From positions 35,493 to 99,492 of the forward strand of contig JBAZUU010000001.1 of the NCBI GenBank assembly GCA_041661275.1: a stretch of 64,000 nucleotides of DNA, in the 5' to 3' direction. Position 1 is the stretch's first letter; each line of letters begins with the position of its first letter. Under the pieces are notes generated by a model. It was not told where the DNA came from and searched no databases. It saw only the letters and a program-made list of their open reading frames with translations. Shown here one piece after another: positions 27,907 to 37,803 of the stretch. The position numbers and the translations under genes are program-made. This stretch comes from Parcubacteria group bacterium. GTDB lineage: Bacteria; Patescibacteriota; Minisyncoccia; Moranbacterales; UBA2206.

Positions 27907-27960
27907 CAGTGATATTCTATCACTGATGATATACCACTGCAAGTACTACCCTGTGGATAA
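27907..27960. promoter_or_regulatory. Operator palindrome CAGTGATA-TTC-TATCACTG plus DnaA box
   Basis: Same consensus as 16940; TGTGGATAA at 27952-27960. Confidence 0.6.
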
Positions 27961-28013
27961 CTTTACACCATAGCCTACTTGCCCGCCCTTGGAGAGACCC
28001 ATTTTCCTTCTCT

Positions 28014-28328
28014 CTATTTTGAAATGAACAAGATAGCCAGTGCTATGATCAAAAAAAGAAGAAGGCAGCCTAATGTGAGGATGAATAGTTTGACTGCCTC
28101 TTTCTTCTGGCCGTCAAAATAAAGCGTGGCTGGTTTTCCCAAGATCAGAGCGCCCGAAACAGCGGCAGAGAGAACTAAAAGAAGGAGGAGCGTTATTGGA
28201 GCGAAAATAGTATCAGGTTTTTGGCTAAGATATTTTTCAGCGTTTCTAAAGAAAGTTGCGACAAGAATTATATAAACCACTTCGCCCAAAGCGCATAAGA
28301 AAGCAATTTTGAATAATTTTTTTGTCAT
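28014..28328 (-). CDS. Three-TM membrane protein
   Basis: Hydrophobic; LLVLSAAVSG-LILGKP. Confidence 0.7.
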   Translation of the reverse strand: MTKKLFKIAFLCALGEVVYIILVATFFRNAEKYLSQKPDTIFAPITLLLLLVLSAAVSGALILGKPATLYFDGQKKEAVKLFILTLGCLLLFLIIALAILFISK

Positions 28329-28501
28329 AGTGTTTTTTTGTAAGTTTACCCCGTTAAATTGGTTTTTTATTTAATGGGGTAATTAATTACGTAATTAAAT
28401 GTACCTGACTCCCTCATTCCCCTTATTCTTTATTAGATTAGTGGGATATAAAGTTTGTCTAAAAGTTTGTCTAATGGTTTGTCTAAAATATCGGATTTTA
28501 G

Positions 28502-30160
28502 CTAAACTTTCTGCCACTTGGGATATCTACTTGTGCCCTTGTTTATTATCGTTTTATCCTTTTTAGACATAGCATAAACAATGTTTCTTATTTTATTTTT
28601 CTTTTGTTGTTCATCTAAAATTTTTGGAAGTATATCTAAAATTAATTTTTCAATATCATTTTTAGATGCTTCTTTATACTTCTCTAGATATTCAAGTATC
28701 ATTTTTTTATAATGATCGTCCTTAAATCCTCTCATTTTAATGTATTCGCTCTTTTCTCCAGTTTTAACCGCAACTTTCGAAGAAATGTATATGTTGGGAC
28801 TTCGACCCTCTATGAGATCCCTCCTTCTAAGTTCCTTCGCTTCATATGTGTTTAATTCTTTTCTTTTCTGAACTTTATCCAGAGCGATGATTATTTTCAA
28901 ACCCAGATCGGGAATTTGCGCAAGTTTTTTGGCATATTGTACATCTAGCACTTTTCCTATAATAGTAAGCTTGACTTTCCCGCCAGATAAATCATATTCT
29001 GGAAGAGGGAAAAATTTATTTTTTTGCGATATAAACATCTTTTTTATTCCACTTCCTATTGTGTCAATCATATTTACATTGACCATAGCATCGACAAGAA
29101 ACTTGTTCCTATAATACTCAGACGGTGAATCTGCCTCTATGACATTCTCGATTGTCCCTGGAATAAAAGCACCGAGATTTGAAAATATCAAACTGTCATC
29201 TTCATTTTCAACAACGTTTATTTTTCCTCCAAACTCATAGTCTTGATGAGCAATGCAATTATTAATCGCTTCTCTGATAGTAGTTGGATCATACCTATCA
29301 ATTTCCTCTGGAAAAAGCGTCCTATAAGATATATATCTATAACGCAAATTTCTAATTTTTTTATAAACATTTTCGACAGCTAAAATAAATGGACAACTAA
29401 AATGTTCGTAATCTTTTTCAATGCCATCCTTATCCTTTAAAATCCAAGAGATTTTTGCACAAGCCGGATTAATAAAATGCTCCGCTTCTGTTTTTCCTAA
29501 TAGCACAATGGCTGTTCGTGTAATCTTGCCATTAATCGTAACTCTTGCTTTGTTTAGAAATATCTCGTTGCTCCAACTTTCAATTTCTTTCTTATCAATC
29601 TTGGGATTCTTACGCCCAAATCCTTCTCTCGCTTTCTGTATCGCCCCGCGGTCTAAATCTTCAATTGTAGCACCGTCACAAATTTTAGCACTCCAGTCTT
29701 CCAGCTTTGATTGCAATCGGATTCTCTCAATTTTTTCTATGCTTAACGGAACAAGATCTTCATTTTCTCGAGCATAATAGAATCCTTGCCAGGCAATCGG
29801 AATCCCTTTTGGAGCAGGAGGGATTTCGAATAGAACAACTCTCTTCCCTACCCTTCTCACTTCATAAACATCGATGAAAGATATCCCTCCAGTGGTTTGT
29901 TTAGCTATCTCCGATTTTAAACTGTTTAATTTTACAGGATCTTTTCTATAATTTGTTCCAACAATATTTTTGTTATTTTTTATACCCAAAACCAACCAGG
30001 CTGATTTTATCTTTTTTAAATTTGCTTCGTTGCTAAGTGCGCTAAAATATTTGCCTAGTTTTCTGAAATCAAAATCCGTCTTAGCTTCTTTCCATTCGAC
30101 TACTTCATTTTCAGCCGGAAGTGAAAGAATATAATCAAGTTGTTCTTCTATTTTTTTCAT
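28502..30160 (-). CDS. AlbA_2/Schlafen-like plus HATPase_c_4 ATP-binding protein
   Basis: ENEVVEWKEA, SALSNEAN, REAINNCIAHQDY and IDTIGSG motifs. Confidence 0.82.
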   Translation of the reverse strand: MKKIEEQLDYILSLPAENEVVEWKEAKTDFDFRKLGKYFSALSNEANLKKIKSAWLVLGIKNNKNIVGTNYRKDPVKLNSLKSEIAKQTTGGISFIDVYEVRRVGKRVVLFEIPPAPKGIPIAWQGFYYARENEDLVPLSIEKIERIRLQSKLEDWSAKICDGATIEDLDRGAIQKAREGFGRKNPKIDKKEIESWSNEIFLNKARVTINGKITRTAIVLLGKTEAEHFINPACAKISWILKDKDGIEKDYEHFSCPFILAVENVYKKIRNLRYRYISYRTLFPEEIDRYDPTTIREAINNCIAHQDYEFGGKINVVENEDDSLIFSNLGAFIPGTIENVIEADSPSEYYRNKFLVDAMVNVNMIDTIGSGIKKMFISQKNKFFPLPEYDLSGGKVKLTIIGKVLDVQYAKKLAQIPDLGLKIIIALDKVQKRKELNTYEAKELRRRDLIEGRSPNIYISSKVAVKTGEKSEYIKMRGFKDDHYKKMILEYLEKYKEASKNDIEKLILDILPKILDEQQKKNKIRNIVYAMSKKDKTIINKGTSRYPKWQKV

Positions 30161-30170
30161 ATACCTACCT

Positions 30171-30602
30171 TTAATTATCTCGATATTTTTTTATAATTTC
30201 CAAACAATCCTCGTAAGCCTCGGCTTTTCCGCCGATAAATTTATTGAGTCCGTATTCTTCGATTTTTTCACTTTCCCACAATTCCTCTTTCCATTCTTTT
30301 CTATAATTTTTTGCTAATGTTGCAATATGATTTTCCAGCGATTTTCCTGTAATTTTTTCAATAAAACCTTTCGACATCAATCGAACTGTGTCCGGATATA
30401 ATTGTTGCAAATTTTCCCAAAGTTCAAATGTTTGATATTTGTCATCTCCACTAATCATTTCCCACTCTTCCGGCTCGATTTCCACAAAATCATCATCTTC
30501 TTCCGTATATTCTTGGCACATAACCAGAAATGGAAAATAAAAATCTTTATACTCATCTAAATATTTCAATATTTTTATTGCCAGCTCTCTTGATATTTTC
30601 AT
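30171..30602 (-). CDS. Acidic hypothetical protein
   Basis: 143-aa ORF within the operon. Confidence 0.65.
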   Translation of the reverse strand: MKISRELAIKILKYLDEYKDFYFPFLVMCQEYTEEDDDFVEIEPEEWEMISGDDKYQTFELWENLQQLYPDTVRLMSKGFIEKITGKSLENHIATLAKNYRKEWKEELWESEKIEEYGLNKFIGGKAEAYEDCLEIIKKYRDN

Positions 30603-30662
30603 AAAATTGGTCAGGATTTAATTTTTATTCCTGATCAATTTTTGATCGGTTTCGTAATTGTG

Positions 30663-31433
30663 TCAAATCGTCAATTTATACCTCCCTTTTCCAATAAATT
30701 CCAAGTATCCGTTGTCCCTCAAGACTTGCAATTGCTGACGAAGTTTATCCTTTATAAAGTTATTTTGGGGATGATTCTTTTTCAGCTCTTTTTCAAAAAA
30801 ATACACCTCATCGAGAGAAAACTCTTTTTTGCCAAGTTTATCGATACAATTCATTGTATCTAAAATCCACCCCTTGGCTGATATTTCTTTCTCATCTCTT
30901 ATAAATAATGTTTTTCGCCAATTTTCCAAAACATTTTTCTTCGTCTCCGCTTTCCTATCTTTGACATAAAATATTTTTCCCGTCTGTGGTATACCAACAA
31001 GTGAAATATTGCACCCTATCCATCCAGCTCGTCTGGCATTTTCCGAAAGTGGTCTTCTTTTTTCAATAATGTCCGGAATAAAAAAATGTTTAGGAATAAC
31101 CAAAAAATTTAGAATCTCGAGATTTTTCAAATCATAATTAAGCAAAAAGAAGTTTGGATTATTGCTACACTGCAATCTTTCAATCATCGTCCGATAAGCA
31201 CCATCAACAATTTTCGTTCCGATTGAATTCTTTTTACTTTTTAGTTCATACTCTTCGGCACAACTCGGACAAAAAAAATCAGCAACTGGCCGATTATTTT
31301 CATAGCTGCTAACATTAGTTCCGCAATTCGGACAATAAATTTCGTTATCAACCCAGCTTTCAGTTAAAACTCTAATTTTTTGCGAGTTACTATTATAGTT
31401 TTCAGCAATTTTAACATCTAGAGCTATTTGCAT
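30663..31433 (-). CDS. Dam-replacing / DpnI-like restriction endonuclease
   Basis: SQKIRVLTE, CPNC, PVADFFC-C-EYELKS, ARRAGWIGC and KLRQQLQVLRD motifs. Confidence 0.88.
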   Translation of the reverse strand: MQIALDVKIAENYNSNSQKIRVLTESWVDNEIYCPNCGTNVSSYENNRPVADFFCPSCAEEYELKSKKNSIGTKIVDGAYRTMIERLQCSNNPNFFLLNYDLKNLEILNFLVIPKHFFIPDIIEKRRPLSENARRAGWIGCNISLVGIPQTGKIFYVKDRKAETKKNVLENWRKTLFIRDEKEISAKGWILDTMNCIDKLGKKEFSLDEVYFFEKELKKNHPQNNFIKDKLRQQLQVLRDNGYLEFIGKGRYKLTI

Positions 31434-31545
31434 ATTTTAACAAAATTATCCTTTTTGAAATAAGGTTTGTTTTTTATCTCAGACAATATCTTTCTCTGCT
31501 GTGCAACTGTAACCATAGTTTGTAAATTATAACATACGTCCTCCA

Positions 31546-31600
31546 TAGTGATATGGCAACACTACTACAATATCACTGCAATACGCTCGCCTGTGGATAA
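31546..31600. promoter_or_regulatory. Degenerate operator plus DnaA box
   Basis: AGTGATA-TGG-CAACACT, extra TATCACT half-site, TGTGGATAA at 31592. Confidence 0.5.
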
Positions 31601-31601
31601 C

Positions 31602-32252
31602 TTAATTTTCCCTAAATCTATTATAAAACAACTTCTCGCCTTCTCCGACCACTTTAATTTCATCATCGATGATCGCAACTGCCTGTTGATCAGTAAGGGC
31701 AACTATAGGTAAATTGGTTTTTTTCGCGCCTTCCTGGATAGCTTCAGAAAAATCTTTGGTATAGTGCGCAGTGAGTAAAAAAGGCACAAGATTCAGACCA
31801 GTGAGATCTTTTAGTCCAACCACATCCCTATCCTGATTTTTCCAATGTGACATTTCTATAGTTGGGCAGGCAACATAGCTTCCGGCGCTGACGCCTACAT
31901 AAATTTTTCCTTCGTCCAGAAGTTTTCCAATAATTTTGTCAAAACCACTCTTCCTGGCCCAATCGAGAAGATAAAAAGAATTTCCGCCGTTTACATATAC
32001 AATATCGCAGACTGATAGTTTTTCATATAACGATTCTTCATTCTCTTTTTCCAGATAAACTTCGTCAATTTCCATGCCCATTTCTTTCAACTCATCCTTT
32101 GCTTCCTCGACATAATCCCTGATAACTTCCGGATAGGCGGCTGTAGGAATAAAGCCAACCTTAAGACCACGAGGGTCTTTATCTAAAAAATCCAAAAAAT
32201 ATTTTCTGGTTTCTTCAGGCAATCCGGCCGATGTTAGAAATAATTTTCTCAT
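31602..32252 (-). CDS. Peptidase E (S51) family
   Basis: LFLTS, FIPTA, GGN, GVSAG and HY motifs. Confidence 0.85.
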   Translation of the reverse strand: MRKLFLTSAGLPEETRKYFLDFLDKDPRGLKVGFIPTAAYPEVIRDYVEEAKDELKEMGMEIDEVYLEKENEESLYEKLSVCDIVYVNGGNSFYLLDWARKSGFDKIIGKLLDEGKIYVGVSAGSYVACPTIEMSHWKNQDRDVVGLKDLTGLNLVPFLLTAHYTKDFSEAIQEGAKKTNLPIVALTDQQAVAIIDDEIKVVGEGEKLFYNRFREN

Positions 32253-32257
32253 AAAAG

Positions 32258-32806
32258 TTAATAAATAAACGGGAATAATTTATAGGGAGTGGTTCTAGTA
32301 TAGGCCTGCCATTCATCCTTATAAAATTCAGCCAGCATTTTTTCTTCTTTGTTTATCTGTTGATTAATAATTCCAAGAATAAAAACGCTAAAAATTATCC
32401 AATAGCTGTTCATAGCAAGCTGGAAGCCGATAATCGCCAAAAGGGAACCAAGATAGGATGGATGCCGCACAATTTTATAGATCCCGTCTGTCACTAAACT
32501 TTCCGGTAAACTGGCAGCGGGCGCGGGAACATAGTTAGATTTAAGCTTGATCCTCGCCACACTGGAAAATGCCGCCCCTCCTATAGACAAAATTGCTCCG
32601 ATATAAGTCACGCTCAAAGGTGCTTTATACACAAAATAATCATAATTGACCAGCTGCATAATGATGGTAATCAGCGCCAATATCTCAGCGATCATCATCG
32701 GCCGGTCAATTTTATTTTTCAGAACACGCTTAATCACGCTTCGCCGCAAACGGATGGCATAAAAAATAATAATAGCGACGATTAGGATTGATTTAATAGT
32801 GAACAT
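32258..32806 (-). CDS. Isoprenylcysteine carboxylmethyltransferase family protein
   Basis: LVTDGIYKIVRHPSY, EEKML and PFIY motifs. Confidence 0.85.
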   Translation of the reverse strand: MFTIKSILIVAIIIFYAIRLRRSVIKRVLKNKIDRPMMIAEILALITIIMQLVNYDYFVYKAPLSVTYIGAILSIGGAAFSSVARIKLKSNYVPAPAASLPESLVTDGIYKIVRHPSYLGSLLAIIGFQLAMNSYWIIFSVFILGIINQQINKEEKMLAEFYKDEWQAYTRTTPYKLFPFIY

Positions 32807-32857
32807 GAATATACTTCAATCCTACGTCAAAACCGGCGCTTTGGCAAAAGAAAAGCC

Positions 32858-33454
32858 CTATTTCAGGCTTTCCAAAAGAAGGGCGCTCATGTAGTGGTCT
32901 ACTTGAAAGTCAGTATTTTTGATAAACTTTTCGATTTCTTTCTTTTCTTTTTTCAGATAAACTATTTTCCCCATCTCAGGCACTAGCCCTTTTTCAGCCA
33001 GGCTTTTTTCAAAATTTTCATAGTGCTTTTTGAATTCATCGCTACTAATTTTGAGCTTTAAAAGAAATATGGCAGCAGCAGTATTCCGCTTTGGAGAATA
33101 TTTTAGATACTTAAGTTCCAGAGAGGAAACTATTTTCTGGTCATCCACTTCTATTCCCACTTCTTCCATAAGTTCTTTTTTAATATTGTGAGAGAGATCA
33201 ATCCTATTTCCACGGATGTCTTTTTTATCCAATCCTCCCCCAACACACTGAACACTACCGGAAATGGCCGTATCGCGACCCATAATTCCAAATATTAAAA
33301 CCTTATCAGAAGTTTCAATGAGGCAAGAAGTATGCAGATTTTTGCAGGCATATTTTTCAGGAAGGCCGATCTTGCGAGTGTAGAGATAATGAGCATAATC
33401 GGAGATGGCTAGAGATGTTTTTATGTCATTACCGTTTTCACTAGTTCCCGTCAT
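32858..33454 (-). CDS. NUDIX-like hydrolase; frame extends about 55 codons further upstream
   Basis: GGGLD...KKELMEEVGI Nudix-like box. Confidence 0.65.
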   Translation of the reverse strand: MTGTSENGNDIKTSLAISDYAHYLYTRKIGLPEKYACKNLHTSCLIETSDKVLIFGIMGRDTAISGSVQCVGGGLDKKDIRGNRIDLSHNIKKELMEEVGIEVDDQKIVSSLELKYLKYSPKRNTAAAIFLLKLKISSDEFKKHYENFEKSLAEKGLVPEMGKIVYLKKEKKEIEKFIKNTDFQVDHYMSALLLESLK

Positions 33455-33729
33455 AGAAAAAACCTCACCACGAGTAAACTTTTTTCCACTAGAGATAAGA
33501 CTGTCCCAATAGGCGTCTACCTTTTCTTGGATATCACTTGGAAGCTCGACTTTCTGGTCAAGATATTCTACTACTAATTGTTTTTTAAGAGTGATTATTT
33601 TATCCGATAGTATAGGGGTTTTAATTATATTTTACTATTATTTGCATTTCTATCCTACGCCAAAACCAAAAAATTGGCAAAAAAAGCGGGCTGGCACTGG
33701 CCAGTCCGCAGGTTTATACGATGCATTTC

Positions 33730-34572
33730 TCAATGTGCTATGTCATCCGAAAAGAACTGGATACTCTCCTTGACTCCGAACGGCACGATGCCAGTGAGTC
33801 GAGTCATGAGTGAGGTGTCGAGCGACGTGTCGGGCGGATGTTTTTTGGGATCATCTGACTTGGACACGCCGACAACAAGAGAAGGATCATATCCCATCGC
33901 TTCCACGGCATCCCGGACAAATTCATAGACACTCATCCGGGGACCGGCGACATGGGCGATTCCCTGATATTCAGAATTGGCCAGCTGCACAGAAACTTTC
34001 GCCACTTGCCTGACATGCATGGGCGAACGGTACATATCACTGAACCATTCAACTCTATGCTTGACAGAAACTGTCTGCTTCACTCTGGAAAGCCTTGAAT
34101 CCAGTCTCGTCTTTTCCTCATCGGCATAGCCATAAATATAGCTTGGCCGGATGATGACATAATTGTGCGCTTCTTCCCGGACGATCTGCTCGCAAAGCGC
34201 CAGATTACCGCCATAGAGCGTCTTGGCATTCGGCGTCTCTATCTCTTTGTAATTTCCCTTAAGGCCGTCATAAATGCCGTCGCTCGAAAAATAGACGATC
34301 CGGCTTTTCCGGCAGGCCCGGACCAGATTACGCATGCCCATAAAAAGCGCGTGCGTTTCCTCGGTGAACTCTACTTTGGCCGTTATGAACACCAGATCGA
34401 CCGCTTCACCTCTCGATACGCTCCGGATGTCATCCTGAAGAATATCGAATAACTGCGAATCACCGCCCACCTGATGCTGATGATGGGTGATTATGGGATC
34501 GACACAAAATGCAGAGATTACTTCGCGGATCTGCGATCCCAGATAGCCCATACCGATAATTGCTACTTTCAT
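33730..34572 (-). CDS. SDR / dTDP-4-dehydrorhamnose reductase-like
   Basis: GMGYLG, FSSDGIYDG, YGGNL (usual YxxxK Lys absent) and DTSLD; strong SD. Confidence 0.75.
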   Translation of the reverse strand: MKVAIIGMGYLGSQIREVISAFCVDPIITHHQHQVGGDSQLFDILQDDIRSVSRGEAVDLVFITAKVEFTEETHALFMGMRNLVRACRKSRIVYFSSDGIYDGLKGNYKEIETPNAKTLYGGNLALCEQIVREEAHNYVIIRPSYIYGYADEEKTRLDSRLSRVKQTVSVKHRVEWFSDMYRSPMHVRQVAKVSVQLANSEYQGIAHVAGPRMSVYEFVRDAVEAMGYDPSLVVGVSKSDDPKKHPPDTSLDTSLMTRLTGIVPFGVKESIQFFSDDIAH

Positions 34573-34693
34573 CTATATCCTCCTTGTTTTGGTTAGGAAC
34601 ATTTGGATTGCTTGTGTTTTATCCTACGTCAAAACTTGAATTTTGGCAAAAGAAAATCCCTGCCGAAGTAGATAGGGTTTTTATCGAAAATAT

Positions 34694-35452
34694 TTACGAT
34701 ATCAACTTACTCCAATATGTCCTCACCGCGCCGATCCAGCTGGCAACATTTTCTGGTCGATCCCAGGAGCAAGAAGAACCGCATTTCCAAACGACCATTC
34801 GTTCAGGCGTATTAAGACCCTTATGAGTCAACTCATCAATTCTTCCGCCGACTACTTCCACCGCCTGCTCTGGAGAATCAAAACAGGAATAACCCATAGA
34901 TAATTTGTAATTTCCTTTATATCCCCAGTAGTTATAGCAATCTACGCCAGACTTGGACGGAGCATGCTTTCCCCAATCACTTTCTTTTTTAGCGATAGCC
35001 ACCAGGAAGGCGGCTGTTTCTTTGTCTTTTTGTCCGATAGCTTCGATCATTTTTTCCATCGGGTAGCCGGAAAGAATTTCCCGGATCTTTTTGTCCCGCG
35101 GGTCATTTCCCTTGCTATCTTTCTTATTATTTTTGTCTAGTTTTTCTGAAATCACTGATTTATTTTCCGGCATAACTTCAGCGCAGATTTTTTCGTCTTT
35201 CGCATCTTCCTCGGTCCGGATCTTTTCCATCGGATCGATATTTTCAAGATCAATATCCGTTTTTATCTCTGTCTGTTTAGCCCAAGCCTTTTCTCCAAAA
35301 TGGACTGAAAAAAACAGCCTCGTAATGATTACGAGAGATATTATGACAAGTATTATAAATTTTTTTGTCCTTACCCCCCTAAATCTGTCCCTCCAGGTTT
35401 TCAGATCCGACCCGACAAAGGTTCGAGTCTTCTTCAGGAAATAATCCAACAT
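34694..35452 (-). CDS. Membrane-anchored protein with a lysozyme-like domain (paralog A)
   Basis: TM helix; AIAKKESDWGKH, NYWG, CFDS and VWKCG. Confidence 0.6.
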   Translation of the reverse strand: MLDYFLKKTRTFVGSDLKTWRDRFRGVRTKKFIILVIISLVIITRLFFSVHFGEKAWAKQTEIKTDIDLENIDPMEKIRTEEDAKDEKICAEVMPENKSVISEKLDKNNKKDSKGNDPRDKKIREILSGYPMEKMIEAIGQKDKETAAFLVAIAKKESDWGKHAPSKSGVDCYNYWGYKGNYKLSMGYSCFDSPEQAVEVVGGRIDELTHKGLNTPERMVVWKCGSSCSWDRPENVASWIGAVRTYWSKLIS

Positions 35453-35763
35453 TCGGTTCTATCAATTTCCCGGTTCTTTCGGCATATTCTTTTCTTTCCA
35501 AATTCCAGATTTCAGGCAAACACACGGTATTTCGGCCAGCGGCCAGAGATAATTGATTTTTCCCCTTTTTTAGATTGTTAACTCGCATTTTTTGGCTTGT
35601 AAAAGCCATAATTTTGAGCCCCTTAAACACATCTCAATTCAACACCATATTATGCTATCAGATATGGCTTTTCCTGTCAAACCTGCCTGCCGGCAAGGCA
35701 GGGAAGATATCCACAAACAAAAAAAGAGGATCCGAGCCTCTTTTTGGAATATTTTTTCCGATA

Positions 35764-36843
35764 TTATGATTTCTTGAAACCCTCCACCTCATCAAAATAT
35801 CCATCAACATCCGTGACCCATTTCTTGACCGCCGTTTTGGAATCCCAGGAACAGTCATAGCCGCATTTCCAGACCGTCACCATGCCTTCCGGCGTCTTTA
35901 TTTGTTCATTCTCAATGATACTCTTTATCCTTTTAGCCACGCTCTGCACGGCATCGCTGTTACTGTCAAAACAAGTGTGCCCACCTGTCCCCATCTTGTC
36001 CCGCTTGGCTCGAAAGCCCCAATAATTTTTGCAATCCTTGCCATCAAGAACCGGCACGTGCTTTCCCCAGTCGCTTTCCTTTTTGGCAATACCGATAAGA
36101 AAAGCAGCTACAATTTTATCTTGTCGGGCAATATCCGGCGCCATTTTTTCAATTGGGTAGCCCTTGGTCATCGCCCGAATCTTTCCTTCAAAGGAGTCTT
36201 TTTCCGCTTCTTCTCTGATTTTGGTATGTTCTTCCAGGATCTGAGCAGCGATCTGATCTTCTATTTCTTTATTCTTTTTTTCATCTTCCGCGCTCAATAC
36301 TTGCGCTTGTGGAGCATCGGCTTTAGACGCTTTCTCCCCGGCTGACGCACCTTGTCCCAGATAGCGGTACATCATGGTCATCAGAAACATCCCGAAAATA
36401 AGCGAGCTGACAATGGAAACGTTCCACATCCGCACCGTACTGACACCTTCTACGGAATTGCGGAAAAAATCTTTGACAAAATTGATCGGATCAAGGTATC
36501 TTTCTCTTATTTTTTCAAAATCCAGATATTCTTTTTTAGAATAGACAAAATTAGTCTGGACATAGCTGATGCTTCGGTAGTGACGGGATATAGCGCTATC
36601 CAATATCTTCTCCGAGCGCAAAATTTTCTCCCCTCTTCGCGTTCTCGCCAGTTCTTCCTGGGAAAGATACAGTTTGGAATCGGACGTAAAAAAATCGTCT
36701 GTCCTCCCGTGTCGGGAAAACAAAACAGAATTCCGTTTATTTTTTTGAACAAATCTGGCTAAAGGTAAATCAAAAAACCCGATCCTTTGTTTCACCGCCC
36801 GATTCAGCCCATCCAGGCTTTTTTCTTTTGGTATTTGGATCAT
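35764..36843 (-). CDS. Membrane-anchored protein with a lysozyme-like domain (paralog B)
   Basis: TM helix; GIAKKESDWGKH, NYWG, CFDS and VWKCG. Confidence 0.6.
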   Translation of the reverse strand: MIQIPKEKSLDGLNRAVKQRIGFFDLPLARFVQKNKRNSVLFSRHGRTDDFFTSDSKLYLSQEELARTRRGEKILRSEKILDSAISRHYRSISYVQTNFVYSKKEYLDFEKIRERYLDPINFVKDFFRNSVEGVSTVRMWNVSIVSSLIFGMFLMTMMYRYLGQGASAGEKASKADAPQAQVLSAEDEKKNKEIEDQIAAQILEEHTKIREEAEKDSFEGKIRAMTKGYPIEKMAPDIARQDKIVAAFLIGIAKKESDWGKHVPVLDGKDCKNYWGFRAKRDKMGTGGHTCFDSNSDAVQSVAKRIKSIIENEQIKTPEGMVTVWKCGYDCSWDSKTAVKKWVTDVDGYFDEVEGFKKS

Positions 36844-36867
36844 TATTTGAAAATATTCGATTGTTTT

Positions 36868-37803
36868 TTACTTTTTTTCTGACTTAATTATACCACTTTT
36901 TTTCGTATTTAGAAACACCAGAAAAGCCGTCGGAACCATCAATAAACTGTAAAATTGTCCCAGTGTTAAAAATCCGATCCAGCCGTCAGGATCGCGGAAA
37001 AATTCCGATATTATTCTGGCAATTGCATAACCAGATAGATAGAACGCCAGCATATTATCTTTCGCCCATTTTTTGTTTCGAAGTAGCCATAGTATGACAA
37101 AGAGTATTATCCCTTCTAAAAAGGCTTCGTATAATTGGGATGGGTTACGTAATTCATGCATATAATCATTCGGAAAATACATTCCCCACCACCCTGTTGT
37201 CGCTCGACCATAAAGTTCGCCATTGATAAAATTACCGATGCGGCCAAAAAAATATCCGGCCGGGATAGCTGGCACAATAAAATTAAACCAATTCAGTAGA
37301 TTAATATTATTTTTTTTCGCCCATAGCCAACCGGCAATGACCACACCGATCAATCCACCGTGATAACTCATCCCATATATGCCGATAAATCTATGCGTCA
37401 CCGGATCAAATGGAGAAATGATTTGGATAGGATGCGCTGCATAATATGAAAAATTATAGAAAAAAACTTCTCCCAGCCTCGCACCAACGATCAGTCCAAC
37501 GAATGCGTATAATAAAAAATCCAATAAATACTCTGAATTTTGAATTTTGAATTTTGAATTTTGAAATAATTTTGAATGATTTAATTTCGAAATTGAACAT
37601 TCTGTCATTTGATCTTTATTCGAAATTCGAAATTCGAAATTCGAAATTTCATTCTTCTTTATCCTATATTTCACTAATAGATATACCACTAGAAATGTTA
37701 CCAAATACATAATTGAGTACCACGAAAAAGATATAAACCCGAAAGAAATATTCGGGTTTATGTGTTCGGGTAAATGCTGATAGAATTGTATGTATCTGTC
37801 CAT
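36868..37803 (-). CDS. lgt: Prolipoprotein diacylglyceryl transferase
   Basis: GMSYHGG, GRIGNFINGELYG, PSQLYE and EFFR motifs; repeat-derived insertion. Confidence 0.93.
   Translation of the reverse strand: MDRYIQFYQHLPEHINPNISFGFISFSWYSIMYLVTFLVVYLLVKYRIKKNEISNFEFRISNKDQMTECSISKLNHSKLFQNSKFKIQNSEYLLDFLLYAFVGLIVGARLGEVFFYNFSYYAAHPIQIISPFDPVTHRFIGIYGMSYHGGLIGVVIAGWLWAKKNNINLLNWFNFIVPAIPAGYFFGRIGNFINGELYGRATTGWWGMYFPNDYMHELRNPSQLYEAFLEGIILFVILWLLRNKKWAKDNMLAFYLSGYAIARIISEFFRDPDGWIGFLTLGQFYSLLMVPTAFLVFLNTKKSGIIKSEKK
37534..37650. repeat. Heptamer tandem repeats inside lgt
   Basis: (TGAATTT)x4 and (CGAAATT)x4. Confidence 0.75.

Larger units (their letters stand above)
32819..34660 (-). repeat. 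Three copies of a ~35-bp promoter-like repeat (32819, 33652, 34621)
   Basis: TTGCCA-N17-TAGGAT with conserved GTTTTG(A/G)CG in the spacer. Confidence 0.65.

Noticed and set aside
28452-28490. Triple 12-bp repeat GTTTGTCTAA as iterons
   Set aside because: It reads LDKP-LDKL-LDKL on the minus strand and is more likely a remnant of a coding tail.
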